Assembly: GCA_963717525.1 (NCBI GenBank) | Contig: OY970343.1 | Coordinates: forward strand, 864,001-928,000 | Direction of reading: 5' to 3' | DNA length: 64,000 bases | DNA from: an uncultured Methanoregulaceae archaeon | GTDB taxonomy: Archaea; Halobacteriota; Methanomicrobia; Methanomicrobiales; Methanospirillaceae | The notes under the pieces: generated by a model | Databases searched by the model: none | What the model was told of the DNA's origin: nothing | The model's input: only the letters and a program-made list of their open reading frames with translations | Program-made: the position numbers and the translations under genes | Part shown: one piece after another, positions 11,812 through 21,926 of the stretch | Layout of the letters: each line of letters starts with the position of its first letter | How positions within the stretch are numbered: the stretch's first letter is position 1

Positions 11812-12849
11812 TTACAGCGCCGGTTTTGTTTTGAGCGCCGCAACCAGCAGACTGACACCGGCTTCGATGTCACCGATGTCCAGTACCTCAACCGGTGAGT
11901 GGATGTACCGGGTGGGTGGGCTGATGGTAGTGCTCGGTACACCGCCTCGGGAGAGATGAATGGACGTTGCATCGGTCGTCCCCCCGGTACCAACTTCGAA
12001 CTGCACCGGGATTGCGTGAGACTCAGCGGTATCTTTCAGCCACCGGACAACCTTGCGGTTCGCGATAAGTCCTCTCCCGCTGCTATCAACGATAGTAATG
12101 ACCGGACCTTTTCCCATCTCGACTGCCGCATCTTTCATATCGATGCCCGGGTGATCCCCGGGAATAGTGACATCGGTGGCAATGGCCCAGTCGGGGTCAA
12201 TGGTATAGGCACTGGTCTTTGCACCCTTAAGCCCGACCTCCTCTTGGACGGTAAATACCGCATAGACCGTGAAGGGGGACTTTATCTTCTGCATGGTCTT
12301 TACGAGCATCGCGACACCGGCCCGGTTGTCAAACGCCTTCCCGGTGACACGGTTGTTCGCGAGCTCGGTGAACTCCCGGTCGATCGTTATGGGCGTCCCG
12401 ACCTCGATGCCGAGTTCCGCGACATCATCCTTGTTTTTTGCCCCGACATCAATGAACATATCGTCCGTTTTCACACCTTTCTTGCGCTCCTCCTCGTCCA
12501 TCATGTGCGGGGGTTTGCCGCCAATGACACCGAACCGGTCGCCCTTTGTTCCATGAACGATGACGCGCTGGTTATAGAGGGTCGGAGCATACCAGCCGCC
12601 CAGCGTGATAAACCGGAGGAAGCCCTTGTCATCGATATACTTGACCATGAGCCCGATCTCATCCATGTGAGCGGCAAGCATCACCTTCGACTTGTTGCCG
12701 TGCTTGACGGCGATAAGGTTTCCCATGGGATCCTCGGTGATCTCGTCGACATGCCCCTTGAGTTCCTTCTTTATCAGGGCAAATACGCTGCCTTCACTGC
12801 CCGATACACCGTGGGTATTGGACAATTTTCGTAAAAGTTCCTTGACCAT
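11812..12849 (-). CDS. M42-family (TET-like) metallo-aminopeptidase
   Basis: GVSGSE, AAHMDEIG, KAFDNRAG, QEEVGLKGA, GTTDA, RYIHSPVE; start trimmed to ATG 12849. Confidence 0.93.
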   Translation of the reverse strand: MVKELLRKLSNTHGVSGSEGSVFALIKKELKGHVDEITEDPMGNLIAVKHGNKSKVMLAAHMDEIGLMVKYIDDKGFLRFITLGGWYAPTLYNQRVIVHGTKGDRFGVIGGKPPHMMDEEERKKGVKTDDMFIDVGAKNKDDVAELGIEVGTPITIDREFTELANNRVTGKAFDNRAGVAMLVKTMQKIKSPFTVYAVFTVQEEVGLKGAKTSAYTIDPDWAIATDVTIPGDHPGIDMKDAAVEMGKGPVITIVDSSGRGLIANRKVVRWLKDTAESHAIPVQFEVGTGGTTDATSIHLSRGGVPSTTISPPTRYIHSPVEVLDIGDIEAGVSLLVAALKTKPAL

Positions 12850-12850
12850 G

Positions 12851-13961
12851 TTATTGCACTCCTGTTGCTGTTCCGATCCTATCAAGGGCCCGCATGAGGT
12901 TTTCCCGCGAGGCGGCATAACTGAGCCGGGCATAGTCCGGCGCGTTTGCACCAAACGCCGAACCCGGGGTCAGAATAACACCACTGTCGATAACCTTCTG
13001 CACGAGTGCCGGTTTCATCGGCACAAACGCGTAAAACGCCCCTTCCGGTACCGGGAAGGAGAAACCGATATCAAAAAGGCCTTTGCAAAGCAGGTCGCGG
13101 CGTGCACGGTACTCATCCCTCATCTGGCGGACCGGTGCCTGGTCTCCGGTATAGGCTGCGAGCGCCGCATACTGGGAGATCGAGGTCGCACATGCCTGGC
13201 AGTACCTGGTGCACCTTGAGGCACTGGCCGACAACTTCGGGAGAGGCAGCAAGGTACCCGAGTCGCCAGCCGGTCATCGCGTACGTCTTGCTTACCGCGT
13301 TTATCGTGATCACGTTGTCGCCAAACCGGGCAGCACTCACATGCTTTTTCCCGTAGACGAAATGTTCGTAAACCTCATCGCTGACAACCGTAACCCCGGC
13401 ATCGTTTGCATATTCAACGAGCGCCTTAATCGACTCCCCGCTCTCCACGGCGCCGGTCGGGTTTGCAGGGGAATTAAGGACAAAGAGTCGGGCGCCGTCC
13501 ATGAGCGCCTGAGCCTTTACGAGGTCGATATGGAACGTTTCATCCAGCGGGACGCCGATCGGCCGGCCGCCGGCAATCGTTGCAAGTGCCGCATAGGAAA
13601 CAAAACCCGGGTCGGCGCAGAGTACCGGATCCCCGTCGCTCACGAGTGCCTGCATAACGATATGGAGCGCCTCGCTTGCACCTGCGGTAACCAGGATATG
13701 ATCAGGGCCATACTGCAGCCCGTTCTCTTTTTTGAACTTGGCGCAGATCGCGTCCCTGAGCTCAGGAATCCCCGTGTTTGCAGTGTACCCGGTCTTTCCT
13801 GCCCGGATTGCGGCGATGGCTGCATCCTTGATGTGCTGCGGCGTATCAAAATCCGGCTGGCCGAGGCCGAGGTTTATCGAGTCCGGGCCTGCCGCTTCAA
13901 AGATCCTTCGTATCCCGGAAATTTCTATGCCCTTCACCCGGGGCGAAAACTGTTCTTTCAT
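12851..13961 (-). CDS. Class I/II PLP-dependent aminotransferase (frameshift ~13205)
   Basis: LGLGQPDF, NSPANPTG, SDEVY, SKTYAMTGWRLG; C-terminus (PEGAFY, PGSAFG, ARLSYA) in the adjacent frame. Confidence 0.92.
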
Positions 13962-13982
13962 CCTTTTCCTCCCTGACCTGTC

Positions 13983-14582
13983 CTATTCGATATTTGCGTG
14001 ACGGTCCTTGAGCGCAGATTCATCTGTCTTGGTGATCTCCATGAGCCGGGAGATCACGGCATCGGAGAAGATCATCGATGTCGTCTCAAAGAGAGTCCCC
14101 AGAGGTGCGAACGACTTATGATCGCCAAGCATCTGCCGGATCTCAAACTCGGCCGCATCGTCACGGACATCATCGCGCTGGTTCTCGATGATCACTTTGC
14201 AGTCGGCAATCTTCCCGATCCGCGAGTCGGCGTTGGAGGTGATGAGGCAGATGTGCGCACCGATCTCCTTTCCGGTCTCAGCAATGTCGGCCACCGTCTT
14301 TGTCCTGCCGGACCCCGAAAAGACGACAATGACATCCCCTTTCCGGAGCGCCGGCGTGATCGTTTCTCCAACAACGTATGACTGAAGGCCGAGGTGCATC
14401 AGGCGCATGGCAAATCCTTTTGCCACCAGTCCAGACCGGCCTGCCCCCATCACGTAGATGCGCTGTGCATTCAGGATCTCGGCAAGAAATGCCTCCACAT
14501 CCGAATCGGATATGGAATGTGCGATCGCCCGGATCTTTGATGCCATCAGCTGCATCATTTCCTGAACCCTGTGGTCTTCCAT
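13983..14582 (-). CDS. hxlB: 6-phospho-3-hexuloisomerase (SIS domain)
   Basis: GAGRSGLV..FAMRLMHLG, VVGETITP, SGSGRT, APLGTLFE, C-terminal RHANIE. Confidence 0.95.
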   Translation of the reverse strand: MEDHRVQEMMQLMASKIRAIAHSISDSDVEAFLAEILNAQRIYVMGAGRSGLVAKGFAMRLMHLGLQSYVVGETITPALRKGDVIVVFSGSGRTKTVADIAETGKEIGAHICLITSNADSRIGKIADCKVIIENQRDDVRDDAAEFEIRQMLGDHKSFAPLGTLFETTSMIFSDAVISRLMEITKTDESALKDRHANIE

Positions 14583-14698
14583 CCTGCTCGCAAGAATGGT
14601 GCTATCCCATAGTAGATGAGAATATCGTACCTGCTGGGCAGCAAATAGTGGTCTAACAGGAAACTGAAACTATCCCTCCCCAAAAATGTGCTGTATTT

Positions 14699-16210
14699 TT
14701 AAGAATTTGTCACTGTGTAATGGTGGATATCAACATAAGGAACAAGTTTTCTATTTTCAAGTACGGAAACTGCACCATGGCCCCCACAGATCAGGCAGTG
14801 TTTTTGCTTCGAAGCAAGAAGATTATCGGTCTCTGCGGCAAGTTCGAAAAGTGCTTTTCGTTCCCTGCGTGCAAGATCGCTGTCAACATTCACCGAGGTG
14901 ACCAGAAAATCGGCAATGGAGTTATAGGCCGCCCGTTCCGGGGTAAGGCTGGAAAAATTGATGACGGCATCGGCAGTGAAGAGCAGACCTTCCAGCCCGG
15001 AATACAGGTAGATCTGTCCGTGGGTATGACCCCCCAACCCTTCGAGCACCTCAAGCTTGAGGTCGCCAATGGTGACGGTCCCAAGGACGGGAAAGATGCT
15101 GCGCGCCTCTGTTCCAGCCTGCGGCAGGCAGGTCACCTTTTTGGGCGGCCGGAACCGGGAAAAAAGGTTAATCATCTTGGTGTAAAACGCTTCGAGAACA
15201 GAATGCTCGTTCCGGGAGCCATAAGCGCGGTTATTTGTTTTTATTATGTCCCGGGTCCCCGTATGCATGAGGGCGCATATCGGGAAAAATCCTCCCGCCC
15301 CGCAGTGATCGGCATCTGCATGGGAGATGATCAGTTGGGTTAACCGGTTTTCGTCCCCAAGGCCAAAGTGGGAAAACATAGCCATGACATCATCGTGGTA
15401 GATACCATACCCGGTATCGATCATCAGGGTATCCTTTTCTGAGGTAAGGACATAGATGCTCCCACCACAGGGCAGCTGGAAACAGAAGAGGTCGACCTGC
15501 GGGGTGATATTAATCTTCTGGACATCTGCGTAGAAATTCCTGCCAGTGGTGGCATGCAATGTCCGGCCCGTCAGAAGTACGCTGTCAAAAACCTGACGGG
15601 GATCGCTTCCCCGGTTCATCAGTTCCTGTGCGATGTGGTTTGTATCGGCAAGAAATGAAAGAAGGAACGTATTTTCGGATTCACCTATCAGGTCCCGTAT
15701 CTCCTGAGCAAACCTTACATAGAAGATGGTATCGTCGAGATGTTTTCCGGTGGTATCATATTCGATGATCTCAAGGTGGTACCGGGATTTAAGCTGATCG
15801 AGGAGCTTGTCGACAGATGCCGGGTCTTCGAGGTTTAGGCTGACAGTCAGCTGGTCAGGGTGTCGTCCGGTATCATCAAAATCGATAAATCCGATATTTG
15901 CGCCGGACTCAGTAGTATATCTCAGGAACCGGCTGAGCGATCCCGGCGTATGAGGCAGGTGCACAAAGAATTTGAGAAAACTCAACGGTTGCAAGGAGGT
16001 CTGGAGGTACCCGATTGCCTCAAGGTCACGTGTGATCTTCGTATAATCATCTTCGGTCGCTGTCACTTCATAAAAGACGGTGCAGGGGTCTATCCTACGG
16101 TCATACTGGATTCGGTTTATATTGCCGTTATATTTGGTTATAACCCTGGCAGCACTCTCAAGAGAACCGGGTTCATCAGGCATATGTGCGATAAAACCAA
16201 ATTTCTTCAC
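14699..16210 (-). CDS. Metallo-beta-lactamase-fold protein with two N-terminal ACT-like domains
   Basis: MPDEPGSL..NI and LPHTPGSL..ANI ACT-like repeats; IDTGYG, SHADADHCG, GGHTHGQ, LFTAD, GGHG. Confidence 0.8.
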   Translation of the reverse strand: MKKFGFIAHMPDEPGSLESAARVITKYNGNINRIQYDRRIDPCTVFYEVTATEDDYTKITRDLEAIGYLQTSLQPLSFLKFFVHLPHTPGSLSRFLRYTTESGANIGFIDFDDTGRHPDQLTVSLNLEDPASVDKLLDQLKSRYHLEIIEYDTTGKHLDDTIFYVRFAQEIRDLIGESENTFLLSFLADTNHIAQELMNRGSDPRQVFDSVLLTGRTLHATTGRNFYADVQKINITPQVDLFCFQLPCGGSIYVLTSEKDTLMIDTGYGIYHDDVMAMFSHFGLGDENRLTQLIISHADADHCGAGGFFPICALMHTGTRDIIKTNNRAYGSRNEHSVLEAFYTKMINLFSRFRPPKKVTCLPQAGTEARSIFPVLGTVTIGDLKLEVLEGLGGHTHGQIYLYSGLEGLLFTADAVINFSSLTPERAAYNSIADFLVTSVNVDSDLARRERKALFELAAETDNLLASKQKHCLICGGHGAVSVLENRKLVPYVDIHHYTVTNS

Positions 16211-16325
16211 AAGTGCCAGCCCCGTATGCAGGATTAAAATAGGTACCTGGTCTGGTTATAGATTACGGTAAAAATAATTCCAACGCTGGTCTTTGACCGG
16301 CAATCGGGCGGGCCTGAGTTTGATC

Positions 16326-17441
16326 TTATTTTTTCCGTGCGGCAATTACCAGGGCTGCTGCCCCAAGACAGCCGCCAATTGCTACCAGGGGAGAGAGCGG
16401 GAGTCCGAAGGGCGCTTTCACCATCTCGGGTGAGATCTCCGTCGGTGAGTTCTCTGAGACTACCACATCCATCGAAACAGTCAGGTAGCCGGGAGATTTG
16501 ATTTCAACCAGGTGCGTCCCGGTTGTTACGCCGTTCAATGTTACCGGTGAAGTTCCGACCAGGGCGGAATCAAGATAAACGGAGGCGCCTGCCGGAACCG
16601 ACGAAATAACAAGGGTCCCCGAGTTGGGAGACGGGGCGGGCGTTGCCTGTGGAACCGCCGGCGTTCCGGTCATTGTTGTTTCAGGAAGGGAAACAGGAGC
16701 GGTACTAACGGTTTCCGATGAAGTCAGGTTTATATTTGAGGCAACGATTGTCAGCGTCTCAGTCAGGCTGTTTGACAGTGAGGGGCTGCTGATCGAAACC
16801 GTATATACACCTGGAGGCATATCAACATGGAACCCATACTGGAAGTACCCTCCGGCGCTGACCGGCGAGGCGAATGTATGCACCTTGTTCCCGGAAGCGT
16901 CCATCACATCGATTTCAATGGTGTCTGCCGCTGATTCCACCTTTCCTGTCACCTGTATATAATCATTGAGAACAGCGGGATTGGGAGTGATGGTTGCATA
17001 AAATTCCGGTTGTCTTAAGAAGATGGAGGCAGTGGCCTTAATTTGCGGATTACTCAGATCATATACCGTGAATCTGTATCCTGCCGTGTACAGGATGTCG
17101 GCCCCCACTGCGCGGGAAGAATCCCAGACATATGACCATGTCCCCGAGGAGTCTGTGACAACAATGTTCCCGGTTCCCGCTGTACCGGTTAAGTTATAAG
17201 GGGGAACCCCTGCTGCCGGAAGGCCCGGGCCGGTGACAGTGATCACGGTCATGTTGCCCACAGTGTTCCTGCCATCGAATATGACGCTGTCACCGACGTT
17301 ATAACCCCCATTTCCCCGGTAAGCGATGGATACGCTTCCCGTTTGTGCCTGTACCGGCATGATGCACACTGTCAGGATGATCAAAAGAAAGAGGCCGGAA
17401 CATAATTCCGGGAATTTTCTGGAGCACATTTTCATCTTCAC
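16326..17441 (-). CDS. PEGA-domain cell-surface protein
   Basis: Signal peptide; ISSVPAGASVYLD..GTSP..GTHLVEIKSPGY (PEGA); C-terminal TM helix plus RKK. Confidence 0.8.
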   Translation of the reverse strand: MKMKMCSRKFPELCSGLFLLIILTVCIMPVQAQTGSVSIAYRGNGGYNVGDSVIFDGRNTVGNMTVITVTGPGLPAAGVPPYNLTGTAGTGNIVVTDSSGTWSYVWDSSRAVGADILYTAGYRFTVYDLSNPQIKATASIFLRQPEFYATITPNPAVLNDYIQVTGKVESAADTIEIDVMDASGNKVHTFASPVSAGGYFQYGFHVDMPPGVYTVSISSPSLSNSLTETLTIVASNINLTSSETVSTAPVSLPETTMTGTPAVPQATPAPSPNSGTLVISSVPAGASVYLDSALVGTSPVTLNGVTTGTHLVEIKSPGYLTVSMDVVVSENSPTEISPEMVKAPFGLPLSPLVAIGGCLGAAALVIAARKK

Positions 17442-17550
17442 CTTAAAGAGAATATATTCATAAGAGAATAAACATTGTTGTCCTTTTTATTTCACCTGAA
17501 TGACGCTCTTTTCAAATTACCCAATCCCCGTCAGGAAATTGCACTAATAA

Positions 17551-17572
17551 CGAAACTATATCTATAGTTGCG
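17551..17572. promoter_or_regulatory. Palindrome over the probable promoter of the ACS operon
   Basis: CGA-AACTATA-TC-TATAGTT-GCG, 7-bp perfect arms, about 30-50 nt upstream of GTG 17601. Confidence 0.5.
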
Positions 17573-17600
17573 CAAATACCCCATAAACAGAGGGATTAAC

Positions 17601-19632
17601 GTGACCGACGTCATCCTGGCCAGAAAAACCGGAAATGAGCAGCTTAAAAGTAAAATATCCCAAATATCGCGCGAATTCTCTTACGATGAAACTGCATATC
17701 ATCTTCCGATCTCGTTTGCACTGACGGGAATTGCGGTCCATGACAGGAACGCCGCTTCAGACGTTCTTGCAAAGACCAGTAACAACCCGCTGGTAGCATC
17801 AGAATGCCTGCTCGCTGCAGCGACAGTGGCGACAGGAAAGGAGCCTGCCCCGTATACGGGTTTTATCAGCGACACGGTGATCCGGAAGCTCGGGTACTCT
17901 CTGGTGGATGGGAGTATTCTCGGCATGGCACTCATCGTTGGAACCCCGAACAGTGCCGGAGGTGCTGCGGCGATCTGCCGCGAGCTCCAGGAAAAATACA
18001 TGCTCACGTTCCTTGCCGGCGGTGTTATCCCTTCCCTCTCTTCCGCCGGTGTGAAACTGGGCCTTGATTACCGGCTCATCCCCCTTGGGTCCCAACCCCT
18101 CCACAGCGTCCATTTTGTTGATATCATCGCACGGGTCGCGATGATGTTCGGAGGCGTCTCGCCGGGAGATGCCGGGCGTCTCCTCTCGTACGCTGCTGAA
18201 CGCGCAAAAGCCATCGTCGTTGTCTTTCCCGGACTTTCTGATGAGGAAGTAGCATTTGTTGACGGCATGCGTGTACTGGGGTTCCCGATCCTTTCGCTGG
18301 GTGGATATGAGGGAGGGGAATGGATCCCTGCCACTACCGATGATGTCGTGCGTAAAGGCATGGAACTCAAGGGAATCCGGGTCACGGTAACGGCTATCCC
18401 CATACCGATGGGCTGCTCTCCTGCTTTTGAGGGAAAGAGCATAAGAAAAGAGGAGATGCAGGTCGAGTTTGGCGGAGGCCGCTCGCCCGCATTTGAACTG
18501 CTGCGGATGAAAAATCCCGGCGAGATTACAGATGGGAAGGTAACCGTCATCGGGCCTGAGATCGGTTCCATGAAGGAGGGCGGGGCATATCCCTTGGGCA
18601 TCATCGTCGAAGTGGCAGGGAAGACGATGAAGAAGGACTACGAGCCGGTGCTCGAACGGAGGATCCACAATTTTATCAATTACGGTGAGGGATCATGGCA
18701 CGTTGCCCAGCGGGATCTCATCTGGGTGCGGATATCAAAAGAAGCGTTTACAAAAGGGGTGAAGATCGAACACCTCGGAAAACTCCTTGCGGGCAAGTTC
18801 CGGATGGACTTCCCCCAGCTCCTCGATGCAGTCGCCGTTACGCTCATCACAGACCCGGAAAAGGTGCTTGCAGGAAAGAAGGACGCAGAGAAGATCTACG
18901 AAGACCGTGATGCTCGCATCAAGGGCATGCGGGATAACGACGTTGGAACCTATTATTCCTGTACGCTCTGCCAGACGTTTGCTCCCAATCACGTCTGCGT
19001 GATCACGCCGGAACGGCCGGCGCTCTGCGGGGCGATCAGACTGGCTTGACGGGAAGATTGCATACGAGATGTCCCCGTCCGGCGCAAACCAGCCGGTCGA
19101 AAGAGGGGCGCTCATCAATGCCCAGAACGGCGAGTTCGAAGGGGTAAACCGGTTTGTCAAGAAGGCCAGCCACGGAGAGATAGAGCGGTGTTCACTGTAC
19201 AGCGTGATGGAATTTCCCATGACCTGCTGCGGGTGTTTTGAGGTCATAGCCCTGATGCTCCCTGAGGTCAACGGGATCATGGTCGTCAACCGGGAATACA
19301 AGGGAATGACCCCATCCGGCATGAGCTTCTCGACCCTTGCCGGAACCATAGGCGGGGGCGCCCAGACCCCGGGCTTTGCCGGAATCTCGAAAAATTATAT
19401 CCTCTCGGACCGGTTCCTCCAGGGAGAGGGGGGGATCGAACGCCTTGTCTGGATGCCCTCGCAGTTAAAAGAGGAACTCAAACCCCGGCTTGCCCCGTTG
19501 CTTGCGGCCAAGGGACATCCTGACCTTTTTGATAAGATCGCAGATGAAAATTCAGCCCCCACCCTCGAAGACCTGGCAGCATTCCTCGCCCGTGTCGGCC
19601 ACCCGGCTCTTGCGATGAAACCCCTTATGTGA
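17601..19632 (+). CDS. acsB: Acetyl-CoA synthase (AcsB/CdhC), ~676 aa, with bacterial-type N-terminal domain (frameshift ~19040)
   Basis: A-cluster ligands YSCTLCQTFAPNHVC..LCGA and PMTCCGCFE; EPVLERRIH; removing one base at ~19040 gives GAISWLDGKIAYEMS and joins both ORFs. Confidence 0.93.
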
Positions 19633-19640
19633 GATGCGCG

Positions 19641-20589
19641 ATGATACCTGAACCGAATTTTGGCTGGACCGGCTCGGTAGGAGAGGTCGTCCTTGGTGCA
19701 ACCCGTTCTGAGGGGGGTACCCGCTCACGGTCGTACCGGATAGGCGGTGGCACCACGCTTCCTTTTATGGAAAAAGAGAGAACGTTCCCCTCACCCCTCG
19801 TTGTCTTCGAGATCTGCGATGACCCCCTGTACTGGTCCCCAATTGTCAACGATTTCTGCGGGGATCTCGTCCACGACCCGGCTGCGTGGGCAAAGACGGC
19901 AGAGACCACCTACGGGGCAGACCTCGTCAGGCTCTGCCTGACGAGCACCAGGCGGCGGGATTTTTCCGATATCCCTTCTCTCGGGAAAACGACTGAAGCA
20001 GTCCTTGCATCGACCAGTCTGCCGCTTATTGTCGAGGGAAGCAACGAGCCGAAGATCGACAGCGAAGTCTTCCAGAAATGCGGTGAGGCCGGGCAGGGCG
20101 AACGCCTGCTGCTGGGCACCGCAGAAGCGGGACGGTACCGGAGCATCGCGGCTGCAGCCCTTGCGTACAACCACGCGATCATTGCCCAGTCCCCCATCGA
20201 TATCAACCTTGCAAAGCAGCTCAACATCCTCCTCAAGGAGATCGGCGTGCCACGGGACCACATTGTTATCGATCCCTACACCGGAGCGCTTGGTTATGGT
20301 TTTGAGTATTCGTATTCTGCGATGGAGCGGATCCGGTTCTCTGCACTCAAGGGCGATGCGGATCTCGCGATGCCGATGATCTGCGCCCCGTCTGACTCGC
20401 TCTCGATAAAAGAAGTACGCGAAGCGGACGCCGGTACCAGGGACGCCATCGCGGTGGAGTGGGAATTCACCACAAGCCTTGCGGCAGCTGATTGCCGGGG
20501 CGGAGATCGTCTGTGTCCGCCACCCGGACACGGTAAAGCGCCTCAAAGCTGCCTTTGCTGCGCTCAACACGCGAACAGGAGGAGCATAG
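19641..20589 (+). CDS. cdhD: Corrinoid iron-sulfur protein small subunit (CdhD/AcsD) (frameshift ~20489)
   Basis: IGGGTTLPF, SPIDINLAKQLN, IDPYTGALGYGFEYSYSAMERIR; the natural end AGAEIVCVRHP..GGA* lies in the +1 frame with TAG at 20587-20589. Confidence 0.9.
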
Positions 20590-20591
20590 AC

Positions 20592-21926
20592 ATGCCACTC
20601 AAGGCCCTTGATATCTATAAGCTCCTGCCCAAAAAAAACTGCAAGGAGTGCGGAGACCCCACCTGCCTGACTTTTGCGATGAAACTTGCGGCCGGGAAAG
20701 CAGACCTCGATCTCTGCCCGTATCTCGATGATAATGCAAAATCCGTTCTCGGCGCAACGACCCGGCCGCCGATCAAACTCGTAAAACTCGGGGTTGGGGA
20801 ACGCTCGTTTGCGGTCGGCGAGGAGTTCGTCCTCTACCGTCACGACAAAACCTTCTACCATCCCCCGGGCATCATGTTTGCGGTCTTTGATACGCAGAGC
20901 GAAGAGGAGATCGCGGCAGTGACCGCACGGGTAAGGGATGAAACGCTGACCCGGGTCGGGGCCGATCTGAAATTCAACGGGACAGCAATTGTCAATACGA
21001 GCGGAACCGTCGAAGCATATACAAAGGCAGTTGCCGCCGTGGAGAAAACCGCCGGCCTCCCAGAAGTCCTTGTCACGGAGAACCCGGCCGCCCTTGCTGC
21101 CGCACTCGTGCAGTGCGGAAGCTACCGCCCCCTGATCTGCGCAGCAACACCGGAAAACTACCGGCAGATGTGTGCGCTTGCAAAGCAGTACGGGTGCCGT
21201 CTCGTTGTCAGGGCGCCAACCCTCGACGGGTTGGCCCGGCTCACTAAAGACTGCGCTGCCGAAGGGGTACAAAATATTGTCTTGGATCTCGAGCCGAAGA
21301 CCCTTGGGGATTTCCTGTACCGGTCGACGGCAATACGGCAGCTCACCATCACCCGAACAGTCCCGGATCTCGGGTTCCCGGTGTACCTTGACGCAATGGC
21401 GTTTGATGACGAAGATGCGGCAATTGCCCTGGGGATCGTCAAGTACGCCTCCGTGATCGTGACAAAACCCCTCGCACCGGCCTCCGCAAAGGCAGCACTT
21501 ACCCTCCGCCAGAACATCTACACCGATCCGCAGAAACCCATCCAGATGAATCCCGGGCTCTACCGTGTCGGGACGCCCGGAAAGGATGCCCCTGTGCTTA
21601 TGACGGTCAACTTCTCCCTGACCTACTTCACGCTCCAAGGATACCTTGAATCCACGCACATTCCCTGTTTCATGCTGATCGTCGATACTGAAGGGCTCTC
21701 GGTGCTCACCTCGGTAGCGGCAGGCAAGCTCAACGAGATGCTGGTTCGGGACGCGATAAAAAAGTTCGGGGTCGAAAACGAGGTATCGCACCGGAAACTG
21801 ATTATCCCCGGCTACGCTGCCCCCCTCTCGGGGAGGATTGAAGAGGCGACCGGCTGGAAAGTGCTCGTCGGACCCCGTGATGCAGCAGAGATCGGCGAAT
21901 TTCTCGTGCAGGAATGGAAGCCTTAA
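20592..21926 (+). CDS. cdhE: Corrinoid iron-sulfur protein large subunit (CdhE/AcsC)
   Basis: LPKKNCKECGDPTCLTFA..CPY [4Fe-4S] motif, RQNIYTDPQKP, TVNFSLTYF, GLSVLT, VGPRDA; own RBS AGGAGG and ATG. Confidence 0.95.
   Translation: MPLKALDIYKLLPKKNCKECGDPTCLTFAMKLAAGKADLDLCPYLDDNAKSVLGATTRPPIKLVKLGVGERSFAVGEEFVLYRHDKTFYHPPGIMFAVFDTQSEEEIAAVTARVRDETLTRVGADLKFNGTAIVNTSGTVEAYTKAVAAVEKTAGLPEVLVTENPAALAAALVQCGSYRPLICAATPENYRQMCALAKQYGCRLVVRAPTLDGLARLTKDCAAEGVQNIVLDLEPKTLGDFLYRSTAIRQLTITRTVPDLGFPVYLDAMAFDDEDAAIALGIVKYASVIVTKPLAPASAKAALTLRQNIYTDPQKPIQMNPGLYRVGTPGKDAPVLMTVNFSLTYFTLQGYLESTHIPCFMLIVDTEGLSVLTSVAAGKLNEMLVRDAIKKFGVENEVSHRKLIIPGYAAPLSGRIEEATGWKVLVGPRDAAEIGEFLVQEWKP

Noticed and set aside
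19629..21926. Apparent 765-aa CdhD-CdhE fusion in the ORF track
   Set aside because: The linker is out-of-frame sequence; the true CdhD end is in the +1 frame with TAG at 20589 and cdhE has its own RBS and ATG at 20592. A single indel explains it.
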